A DNA stretch of 57,674 nt, taken from the NCBI GenBank assembly GCA_902384455.1, contig CABMCB010000010.1, positions 1-57,674 on the forward strand. Direction: 5' to 3'. Position 1 is the first letter of the stretch. Each line of letters begins with the position of its first letter. The notes below the pieces were generated by a model, which searched no databases, had not been told where the DNA came from, and saw nothing but the letters and a program-made list of their open reading frames with translations. Below, in pieces: positions 35,845 through 45,600 of the stretch. The position numbers were made by a program, and so were the translations under genes. The DNA comes from an uncultured archaeon (GTDB taxonomy: Archaea; Altiarchaeota; Altiarchaeia; IMC4; SCGC-AAA252-I15).

Positions 35845-36452
35845 AAGGAGAGCAGAAGTTGAGGGATGAAATTTGCAAATTGCCACGATATGAGCATCCG
35901 TGCGGGGATGATGGTATTTGCGATTGCGTTGTGCTGTCTGACGTGCTCGCCATTCTCTCCACCCCGGAGCCGGAAAGAGGATTTGATGTGCGACAACTCC
36001 AACTGGCGAACCAATTAGTTCAACCACTTCGTCCCGATGGTTTTTTGGAAGCTCAACTTATCTGTACGAGTACCGAGGATGAAGAAGATGCGGAGACTAT
36101 GTTTTATGCCGTTGGGAAGCACAAGGCATCCGATGCAGAAGAACTGGTTCGTAGGTGGAACACCGCAGGAGCGGCCAGTCAGTCCGCGCCCGAAGAATCT
36201 CGAAGTGTTCAGCGTCGAACTGCACTGCAAAAGGGTGAAGCCATGCCTACATTTGTTTCTCCAGTTGAAAGTCAGCATCCTTCTACGTCTGTGCAGCCTC
36301 CCGTAGAACGTGAGGCGCTGGAAAAGTTGGTGCAAAACTGGTGCGATGAAGGGTGTCTGCACGATGATGCGGATGTACTTCTCTGCTCTACGTGTGCAGA
36401 GAGGCGTTATTGCGCCCATCAGTTAGAGCGCATCTTGAAGGGAGAGAAGTGA
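35841..36452 (+). CDS. Hypothetical protein
   Basis: 203-aa ORF; GAGGTG RBS. Confidence 0.6.
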   Translation: MKGEQKLRDEICKLPRYEHPCGDDGICDCVVLSDVLAILSTPEPERGFDVRQLQLANQLVQPLRPDGFLEAQLICTSTEDEEDAETMFYAVGKHKASDAEELVRRWNTAGAASQSAPEESRSVQRRTALQKGEAMPTFVSPVESQHPSTSVQPPVEREALEKLVQNWCDEGCLHDDADVLLCSTCAERRYCAHQLERILKGEK

Positions 36453-36492
36453 TGAGTGTGGGAGTCATCTATATGATTCCCAAATAAAGTGC

Positions 36493-36521
36493 TTGACTTT
36501 TCTTTCTCGTTTATGTAGAGT
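36493..36521 (+). promoter_or_regulatory. Sigma70-like promoter of the integrase
   Basis: TTGACT, 17-nt spacer, TAGAGT; ATG begins 7 nt downstream. Confidence 0.7.
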
Positions 36522-36527
36522 TAGCAC

Positions 36528-37412
36528 ATGGAGACACGCATGAACTTTCGAGGCCAAGCGGAGAAGTATCTGCTTGAAATTGCCAACCGCAAACGTAACC
36601 CGGCGCGAGCCGGTACGCTGCACGTTTATCGTTCTCTTCTCGATGCCCGAATCCTGCCCTTCATCGGAGGGATGGAATTGGGGGGCATCGGCAATAAGAC
36701 CGCCAAGATGCTCGCGGGTCGTCTTGCAGAGGCCCGTCTGAGCCCCGCCACAATCAACTTGGCGGTCACTGTTGTCAAGCAGGTTCTCGCTTCTGTAGTG
36801 GACGAGAATGGAAACCAGCTATATCCTCGTACTTGGAACTCGGAGTTTATCGACGCGCCCCGGGTTGATAAAAAGGCTCAAAGGACCCCTGTAATGGGTC
36901 AGGAAGGGCTCTCCCGGTCAATTTCCGAGGCTTTCGGAGAGATTAAGGTCCTCGTAGCCCTTTTAGCGGGAACAGGGCTCAGAATCGGCGAGGTGCTCGC
37001 AATCGGGGTTCCGGGGGGTAACGTTTGGGACCCAGCCACGAGTACCATCCAAATAACCTCCACGATGGTCCGTGGAAGGCTACAGCAGGCCCCTAAGACC
37101 GCCGCCGGAGTCCGTACGGTTGACCTTCACCCCGACATCAATAATGCGCTGGCGAGCTTGCCGGACGGCAAATTTGCCCGCTCCGAGGATACATACCGCC
37201 GCCAAATCGAGAAACTCGGCATCCCCGGCTTTCACTCTCTTCGTCGTGCCCGTATTACCCATTTACAGAACGAGAACGTCCCGGCCATGCTCATCAAGTT
37301 TTGGGCTGGCCATGCGGCTGGCGACATCACCGAGCGTTATACAAAAATCGGCAGTGAAATTTCAGCGAGAAAGGACTGGTCTGAAAAGGCTGGATTAGGT
37401 TTCGCATTATGA
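36528..37412 (+). CDS. int: Tyrosine recombinase/integrase
   Basis: GTGLRIGE (R), APKT (K), HSLRR (HxxR), WAGH (H) and TERY (Y). Confidence 0.92.
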   Translation: METRMNFRGQAEKYLLEIANRKRNPARAGTLHVYRSLLDARILPFIGGMELGGIGNKTAKMLAGRLAEARLSPATINLAVTVVKQVLASVVDENGNQLYPRTWNSEFIDAPRVDKKAQRTPVMGQEGLSRSISEAFGEIKVLVALLAGTGLRIGEVLAIGVPGGNVWDPATSTIQITSTMVRGRLQQAPKTAAGVRTVDLHPDINNALASLPDGKFARSEDTYRRQIEKLGIPGFHSLRRARITHLQNENVPAMLIKFWAGHAAGDITERYTKIGSEISARKDWSEKAGLGFAL

Positions 37413-37594
37413 TAACGACTGAAAACCTGATAAATATACTCACCCGGTACGAGGGCGCAGTTCAAGCTGCTATTGATGAATCGGGCGACGAAGCTGTTGA
37501 GAAAGAATTGGAAGAGGCCCGTAACGAACTTTTGGTAGTTCTTCGTGAAGCCAAAGAATATTGCAAACAAACCGACCACTCGGGGGACCTATGA
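37409..37594 (+). CDS. Small hypothetical protein
   Basis: ATGA-coupled ORF. Confidence 0.55.
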   Translation: MITTENLINILTRYEGAVQAAIDESGDEAVEKELEEARNELLVVLREAKEYCKQTDHSGDL

Positions 37595-37971
37595 TTCGGT
37601 GGTTTAATCAACTTCGCGCCCGATTACTTTGCTCTTTCGCGTATGAGTGGGGCGGCATGCTATGGGAATTTGATTTACGGAGTCGCGACCTCCACAAAAT
37701 TTGTCAGTGGGTAGACCAAGAATGGCAGAGGGAAGCGAAGGCGTACTCTGAAAATGTCTTTACCGGCTCTCACGACGCAATACATGTCGTAGTATTGAAA
37801 CAAGGTGAGAGGCGCGGATACTTCTGTGTGTATAGCTCGGAACGGAAAATCTACAACCGAGCCTTTTGGACGACGATTTACAAGCCGGAAGAGGCCTTCC
37901 GCGACGTAATAGATAAGTGCAACGAGTGGGCGGAAGAGATGGGGTATCGGAGAAAAGATGAAGAGTCTTAA
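37591..37971 (+). CDS. Hypothetical protein
   Basis: ATG at 37591 after GGGGG. Confidence 0.6.
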   Translation: MIRWFNQLRARLLCSFAYEWGGMLWEFDLRSRDLHKICQWVDQEWQREAKAYSENVFTGSHDAIHVVVLKQGERRGYFCVYSSERKIYNRAFWTTIYKPEEAFRDVIDKCNEWAEEMGYRRKDEES

Positions 37972-38329
37972 ACGAATCTATGTGGTTATCCCGGCAGTGG
38001 TTGAGGTCACTGACAAGCAAATGGTAACTCAGCCAGTCGGACGCCAAATTGCCCAAGCATGCCATGTCGTCACCAAGCTTCGCCACAAAACTCTTCGGTC
38101 AGAGAAAGACTTCATTCCGGTCACAACAATTATTCTTCACGCCAGAGACCAGAACGAGATGTTTCATGTTTCTCAGCTACTACAAAAAAGGAAGATGAGT
38201 CCGATATTCTTCTCCGATGAGAACGCGGCGGTGTACGGGGCGGTGAGGCCGATTACGGCGATGGCCGTGTACGCAAGCAAAAAGCAGGTCGAGGACATCC
38301 TCGGCTACCTCCCGCTTTGGGAGGCATGA
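37958..38329 (+). CDS. Peptidyl-tRNA hydrolase 2 (PTH2)-like protein
   Basis: IYVVI...GRQIAQACHV, TIIL, FSDE, TAMA and LPL, resembling the PTH2 GKxxAQxxHA family. Confidence 0.7.
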   Translation: MKSLKRIYVVIPAVVEVTDKQMVTQPVGRQIAQACHVVTKLRHKTLRSEKDFIPVTTIILHARDQNEMFHVSQLLQKRKMSPIFFSDENAAVYGAVRPITAMAVYASKKQVEDILGYLPLWEA

Positions 38330-38517
38330 TGGCCAACAAGCCTATGCCACAAATTCAGTGGGGAACGTTCTACGACAATGTGGGGCGCTCACACGTTGCT
38401 CCGTGTATCGAAGGATATTTAATGTCGGGGCACGCGCTCAGGCTTGAGTGTGCTTGCTGGCCGGATAGAGACCAAACAGAGAACTACGACATCGTCGTCC
38501 ACTACGTTATTCAGTAG
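38326..38517 (+). CDS. Small hypothetical protein
   Basis: HVAP...H...CACWP...VVH; last gene of the + arm. Confidence 0.6.
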   Translation: MMANKPMPQIQWGTFYDNVGRSHVAPCIEGYLMSGHALRLECACWPDRDQTENYDIVVHYVIQ

Positions 38518-38526
38518 CGAGTAAAA

Positions 38527-39288
38527 TCATGGAAGGAACGGCTCAAAGTCTTGTGCATACCGGTCGGATGAGCGAACCGAAGACAGAATCTCTTTAGCAC
38601 GAGCGACGCGCTGATGAATATTACCCCCCTTGTTAGCATAAATGTCCAATATTCCGTACCAAGAAAAGCCTTGGTGAGCGCACACCGGTGTTTCTGGGAA
38701 TGACCACCTCCCGTCCATCTCTTGAATAACTCGACGAATCAGGCCGTCGTCCAACGTCGAGGTCCAATCTGCCGGTGGGAACCGTTTACAGTATTCTATT
38801 GTGTTCGAAAAGTACTCGTCGTTGATATGCGGAGCCAACGCGTCCAGCAACGGGCGTCGCAAACATGACCCGGGATTGGTATACCACGGGAACGACTCAA
38901 ATCGGCGCATTTTCCTTCCGCACGAGGCGGCCACTCCCTCCTGAGATTGATGCCACTCAAAAAATTGCGGGTACACCATCACATCCTCCTCCACCAGAAA
39001 CACCTCGTCCGCAAACTGAGCGGCATGTTTGATTGAGTTGAGGATGTTCCAGCAACCGGACGGCGCTTGGATGTGCGGCGGGGCCAAAAACAAAAAAGCC
39101 TCCGGGAAATATAAGTCGCGAACGACCTCTACTTCGCGGAGGCGTGACTCCGATACGGTGTCCACGTAAATGTGGACTTCGAGATTACTTGGTTTTCTTG
39201 CGGCGCTTAACTTTTCCAACGCTAGGGCTAGGAGTTCCGGCCTGTGCGCTGTCGGAATCGCTACCACCGATGTTCGGCTTCGGTCCAC
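38527..39288 (-). CDS. GT-A fold glycosyltransferase at the end of the virion arm
   Basis: VVAIPTAHRPELL, HIYVD, FLVEEDV and LDDGLI motifs; likely GTG start at 39288 after GGAG. Confidence 0.7.
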   Translation of the reverse strand: MDRSRTSVVAIPTAHRPELLALALEKLSAARKPSNLEVHIYVDTVSESRLREVEVVRDLYFPEAFLFLAPPHIQAPSGCWNILNSIKHAAQFADEVFLVEEDVMVYPQFFEWHQSQEGVAASCGRKMRRFESFPWYTNPGSCLRRPLLDALAPHINDEYFSNTIEYCKRFPPADWTSTLDDGLIRRVIQEMDGRWSFPETPVCAHQGFSWYGILDIYANKGGNIHQRVARAKEILSSVRSSDRYAQDFEPFLP

Positions 39289-39403
39289 TGTCGTCTCCAA
39301 AAATCTGGTTCCACCGCTCCTGCGACACGTTCGGGCTACGAAAGGTAGCTCGTACAGCCCCACGAGCAAGCTGGTCCCCGCCTCCGTTTACTGTTGCTGG
39401 CAT
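39185..39403 (-). CDS. Small hypothetical protein (72 aa)
   Basis: AAAGGA RBS and ATG at 39403; SQERWNQIFG motif; overlaps the GT start. Confidence 0.5.
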   Translation of the reverse strand: MPATVNGGGDQLARGAVRATFRSPNVSQERWNQIFGDDSGPKPNIGGSDSDSAQAGTPSPSVGKVKRRKKTK

Positions 39404-39404
39404 G

Positions 39405-39611
39405 TCAGTCCTTTCCCGCGAGCCCTTGCAAAATACCCGCAGTTCTTGGTTTATGTTCCTGCTTAATTTGAAGATGTTCCGGGAGTTCGGCCTCGTTCTC
39501 GCCGTCCAATACCTCGCGCCCACCCTCGTCGCCCATCGTTGCAGCCTTCACATACTGTTGACGGTCTGGGCTGATGCCGTGCTTTTTAAGATAGCTGAGT
39601 AGCAGGTCCAT
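39405..39611 (-). CDS. Small hypothetical protein
   Basis: Starts directly after the stop of the 2329-aa gene; GGGAG RBS. Confidence 0.6.
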   Translation of the reverse strand: MDLLLSYLKKHGISPDRQQYVKAATMGDEGGREVLDGENEAELPEHLQIKQEHKPRTAGILQGLAGKD

Positions 39612-42600
39612 TTACTCCCCCTTCAAGAAGTCGAGAAATTGCTGCGCCTTTACCTTCCGTCCCGCTGCCATCGCTGGCTTGGTTCGGTCGAGGCTATTTC
39701 TGACATCTTGGGCATATTGTGACACAAGCTGGTGCGTTTTGTCAAGAGTCTGTTTTCCGGCAGCATAATCACGCCAGATTTGGTCTATTGCCTTGACATG
39801 GACACCGGCGGCGTTAACCTCGGCAGCCTTGTCAATCTTAGCGTTCCCTGTCTTCTTAATCGAAGCCGAGGCCAGCTTCAACGTGACCGGGAACATGTTA
39901 CGAACCTCTTCCCACACGATGGATTGAAGCTGGCGAGGCTGTATCCCGAGTTGAGCCGCAGCCTTTCGATAAGCCTCGGCATAAAGCGGATACATGCCCT
40001 TAACTCCGGTTTCTGCGCTACCGATGCGTCCGAAGTTGTTAAGTACCTCGTCGGATTTACCTCCGAGAGCACGCACCAAGCCTGCGGCGACTGCATGGGT
40101 GTCGACGGTGACGTGGCCCGCCGGATTATTTGGGTCCAGTATGTTGTTGTAGAAATTGCGAACCTTATGGCTACCGCCCAAATGATTCGAGATATTTTCT
40201 CTTGAGCCGTTTTCCAGAACGGATACCGCGTTTCCGATTTCGTTTAAACTACCCCACGCAATACCGGCGGGGCCTTTTGCGGCCATGACGGTTTCTTTTT
40301 CATCGCCGGTTGCCGGGTCGATGTGCTGATACGAGCGCGGGTTATGCGCTTCATCATAAATACGAATCCACGCAGCCTTCTCAATCGGGTCGTGAAGTTC
40401 ATTCAACGATTTTCCGCGAATATTGTCAAGGATGGCGGTGAGACCGGGGTTCAAGGTCTTGCCTTCCTCGTCCACGTCCGTGAGAGACTTTGCCTTGGCC
40501 TCCATCTCTGGCGTCATAACAATGTCAGCCTTCGTGTGGTAAATGTTGGCGACACGCTTTGCGAGCCCGACATTCATATCCCAATCCTTTTGGGGCGACA
40601 TCGCGGCGATTACCGCGCTCATTTGTTCGGGAGTGCGGCCATACTTATCCGCTAAGTCTTGCGCCAGTTTGTTGGCAGACTCGTACCACTTTGCATTAGC
40701 ATCCCGACGTTCTTGCGGTACTTGGTTGTATAGCTTCTTAAGGTTTACGGAGACGTGGTCAACAAACTTGTCCATGACCTTTTGTGGGTCCTTCAAGTTC
40801 GCCACACCTTTGACTCCCGGGATTTCCTTAATCTTATCGGCCATACGCTGGGCTAATGTCTTATTGTCGCGCAGCGCTGTTGCGGAGTTAATGGCCTCCC
40901 GGTTGATTACAAGCGGTTCTCCTTCCAGATGATTCTCTGTCGCGTCCTTAGAAGTCGGGACACGTGTCGAGATAAGCTGCTGCTTCTCCGGGTTGAACTC
41001 CTCGTTAGAGCGGCCCGATAAGTCGGCCAAGCGTGCTTCCGTCGTGTAGTCCGGGAACGAAGTCTGCTCACCCTTCCCGCCGGTCATAATCTCTTTCTGG
41101 TTTTTAACATCCCAGATGGACTTCTGGTCGAGGTTCTTTGCAGCGGTTTCCGCGTCCTCTTGATTTGAGAAGCGACTGCTGATGTTCAACTCGTTGCCGT
41201 ATCCGCCTACGTGAAGTTCCGGGTGCTGGGCCAACAACGCCTTGTTATCCTTCGCGAAGGATGCGATGTCCTCAGCCGTAGCCGGGTGGTCTAACACGCG
41301 GCGCTTCTCCGGGAACATCTCGTTCATGTAGCCCTCGGTCGGGACTTCTCCCGTCTCAGGGTTAACCGTGAATCCGCCTTCTTTATTGGACTCCTCTGCT
41401 TGCTGTGCCCACCTCGGGGCCTTCACGGCGTTTGCTTTCTCCGCCGTATATAGATGCTTCAACGCGGGAGCCGCTTTTATGAGGTCAAATTTGTGTTCTC
41501 GAAGAGACGTTACCGGAATCTCGACATCGCCTTTAGGAGTTCCTATTATAACGTCCGTTAAAGGAACCCCATACACGTTACCCGCAGCAAAATCTCTTTG
41601 GTCTTTTCGCAAATCCGATTCTATCGCTTGAAGAGTTGATGAGTTTAAGGAACCTACGTCGTAAGCGCCTTGACCGGCTTTTCGTATCCAGCCTTTATTT
41701 ATCAGGTCCTCAAGAGCATTGTCAGCTTTAGAGTACATTTGAGCATCAGCTTCGTGATAGCCGTGCTCTAGGTCCTTAAACTCGCCTTCCGAGGTAATCC
41801 ACCCCGCAGGCGCGTTTTTATTTGCATTAGCTTGCTCCATCTGGCTTGGGTGCGCCTTAATGTCTCGCAGCATTTGGTCAACGTCACCGCCGCGAGGAAA
41901 CGACTTTTGCTTCGAAAGCTGGTCCTTGGTATCGGCTTTTACGTCCGCACGCTCAATATTAAGATTTCCGTTTCGGCTTAATCCCTCCGCTGTTGCGCGG
42001 CGTATTGAGTCAAGCTGTTCGAGGCTTACACCACCAGCGGGTACGGAGAACGACAGATTTTCTCCCGAGCGATTATTGTAGCCGTGAACGCGAACAGCGC
42101 CGGACTTGTTCACAAACTCCGGGCGATTATCCCAACCATTTTTCTCGTTCGAGTTTCCCCCTCCGCTTTCTGCAATCGCGTCGCCGTGCTGTGTTCCTTC
42201 CAAGTGGACGAACTGGCCTTCCGGGGTAATAAACGAGTGCTGGTTTTTTACCGCTGCGGCGTTGTCTGTCACGCCGTATCTTTCCTTGATTTTATCAAGA
42301 ACATCCTTGGCTTTGGTCTTTGAAAGATTGGATTGCTCAAATTGGGAAGCACGCGCAGCATTGGCCTCATCGCCCTTGCGGTATGCCTCCCGACTCGCGT
42401 CCAACTTAGCCTTCACTGTATCAGGTGTAATTGTTTCGTTCGGCCCGAATGCCAGCGTGGTGCCGGATGTTGGGTCATGAAACATGCGGACTGCCCAAGC
42501 CTCGTTGCCGCCGAGTCGTCCACCGGGGATGCCGCCAGCCTTACGGATGATGTCATCCTCGCCTTCGTGGCCGGTGGTGTGTTCCGGCGGGGTCCTTACT

Positions 42601-45600
42601 TGGTTGGAAACGCTTTCTCCAATTCCGCCCTCACCTCGGCCTTGTGTTCCTCCGGTGCCGACTGCGCCCCCTTGGTCGCCTCCTCCACCAACTTGTCCGT
42701 TGTTAGGTTCTCCGGTACCTGATACTGGCTCATTTTGTGCTCCTAGTCTTCTTTTAACTTCCGCCGCCATCGCATTCAAACGTTCCGGCGAATAGTGATA
42801 CTGGCGGGACAACCCCTTTTCACGGGTACCCGCATTCTGATTTAGTATATCCGAAATCTCCGGCCTTGTCAAGTGGGTCTTGGCGTCGTCAATGGCCTCA
42901 TTGAACATCCTACTAGCTTCCGGGAAGGAAACACCGTGCGCCATGATAAGACCGATGGCTTGGTGTGCATCCGAGCCCGAGAGCCTCGAATTGTTGTTTC
43001 GGTTCGCTTCTCTCGGAGTGTCAGAAAATGCCTCATCGGCAGCGATACCTCCTGCCAGAGCGCGAAGAATCGTCGGCATGTGTTCCGATTTAATAACCAA
43101 AGCACCCCGCATCGCAGACCGCCACAGGTCTGCTAAGTTTGCTGTGCTCCATCTCACCGCAGCATTCACCGTATTCGGCACATCGGGATGAGTGTGACGA
43201 AGAATGCCCGTTTGAACCAGTCCCTCGTTCATGCCGACTAAGGCGTGTCCTAACTCGTGCCTCATGGTCCCGAGAAGAAGATTCTCCGGTTCTAGACCGC
43301 GTGTTCTTGCAACGCGAGAATCAGGCGTACTTAGGTGGCTGCCGGTCGGCACAGAATATGGAATCGGTCCCGGCTCGGCTCCTTGATTAACAGAGAAGCC
43401 CTTCGCGTCCGGCTGCTCCTTCTTAGCAATCTCAATCGCTTCTTGCATTGAGTGCGCTGAGACTTTATCCTGTCTCGGTCCCTCCGCTGTATCGTATTCG
43501 ACGTTGAACTCACGGGGCAATGCATGCTCTTCTACTTTCTTTTTCAGGTTTGACTGCTCTATATTTTTACGCTCTTTGTCAACCACGTCGTGAAGATAGT
43601 TCGGGGCTTCCGCAGCCGGAGTTTTCTCCTCGTGGGTGGGCTCACTCGCGGTCTCCTTACGAGACTCAGCGAGACCTTGCATTACTCCGTGACTGAGATT
43701 TGACTGCTCTTTTCCTTCATCAGTCTTTCGTGACGCTTCGGATTGAACTCCTTGTCCGCTTGCAGACTTATCTTTTCCAGTTCTTCCGGCTTCTTCGACT
43801 CCGGCTTGTGAGGTACCATTCGCCCCTTCTCCTTCACCATCTCCATCGGGTATTGATGTTTCATTTCGGTATGCTCCCTTCAATTTTTTAACGTACTCGG
43901 CCATTCGACCGGCACTGATGTGGTAGTTCTTGTGGAGACCGACTTCTCTCAGGCCCTTGTTCGCTTCCACGAGCGCTAACGCCTCTGGGTTCGAAACATG
44001 CTCCTTGGCACGCTCATACAGCGCATCTATCACGTTATCGAGCGTGGTGCCGGACGTGATGCCGCCCTCGTCGCGAAGAATCTCGCGTGCGCGACGGAAA
44101 TCATCCCGGGCTGCAACATTGTCTCCCTTCTTAATGCCGTTGTGAACTTCATCGAAAGCCGGACCCGACAGTATTGCTGTTACGCGTTGCTTCAAGCCAT
44201 CGAAGCCTTCCTTCGCACCGGTAATGTCGGCCTGTACCGCTGCCGCAGCACCGGCTCTTTGAGCGTCCGGGTGGTGTTCCGAAATCATCTGGAACGGGTC
44301 CAATCCTTCCGCGACGTAGCCCATAATATGGCCGTGTTCGTGGCCGTGGATTTGGTCGGTGGTGTGAGATGAGACACCGGTGATGTCTGCCGCCGGGTCC
44401 AATGCTCGTAATACAGGACCGTGCGCAACGCGCTCATCCGCGCCTGCGGCGTTTGCTTGCTCTGCGGCCTTAGCTGCTCGTGCAGCCTCTTCCTTCGCGA
44501 TTGCGGCCTTATACTTCTCCTGATATTTCAAGAGGTCCTTCTGATACTTATCGTTCGCAGCCTTGTTGGCCTTCTCGACTTGCTCATTCTCAATCGAGTG
44601 CTGCTCGTTAATCTTGGACTGTAAGTCCATCGCCTTGTCGATTTGAGCCTGCGAGTACTTGCCGCCCTTGTTCGCGATGTCCTGCTTCATATCCGCAACT
44701 TCGTTGCTAAACTTTTGCAAATTGTCTTTGTATGGAGTGTCGCCGAGGAACTCCCCGTAGTACGACGCGAGTGCGCCGTTTAAACGGTGGTTCACTTCCG
44801 GCGCAGTTACCGGCGTCGGTGGTTGCGGTACCGGCGGAAGACCCTTCGGAGCCGGTGGTTGCGGAGGCGGCGGAACAGCGCCTTGTTGTGGGGGAACGTC
44901 GGTTGGAGTAGTTGCTTGGGCTCCCGGCTCGCGTCCCGCCAGATTCTGGGCACGCTCCAAATTGCCTTGGGTATCCTTCGCGTTATCTTCGTATACGCGA
45001 CGCCATAGCTCCGCGCCGCCAGCGATTGCACCGATTGGCCCGGTCAAGAAGTGGCCGAGTAATCCACCTACGATGCCAGCGGTCTTGCCGTATTCGAATA
45101 GCTTGCCGAGAACGGTGCTCTTAGCCTTCAAATCCATCTTATCCAGCGCGGCTTGTGCATTACGCAAGCCGTCACGGATGTCGATTAGGTCAGCTTCCTT
45201 CTGACGTGCTTCCTTGACGCCACCGATGCCTTTGGCATCATACGATTCATCAATGGTCTCGCGCATGAAGTTGTTGGCTTCATTTGCCGCAGCGCGGTAC
45301 GCATTCGCTGGAAGATTTGTTTTGTCGTCGGTGAAGCTGGCCTTACCCTCTTCGTTCAATCCTTGGCGGGCGTTCTCAGCTTCATAAAGATTTGGAGCGC
45401 GGCGGACAGTCAAGCCGTCACCGTGGTCCTCTGTCTGCATAACGCGCTCGACAACCTTGTCCGCAGCTTCTCTCGCAACTTCACTGCCGTAACGGCCTCG
45501 GTTGTCGTCGAAAAACTTATCGAGACGCTCACGAAGACGGTCCTCGAAATTCGGGACCACCGGCTCCGTGGAGTCACGGGTTGCGCCTGCCTTTTCTAAT

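Noticed and set aside
38510-38530. Bidirectional terminator at the convergence of the two arms
   Set aside because: Only 9 nt separate the stops and no hairpin with U-tracts is visible.
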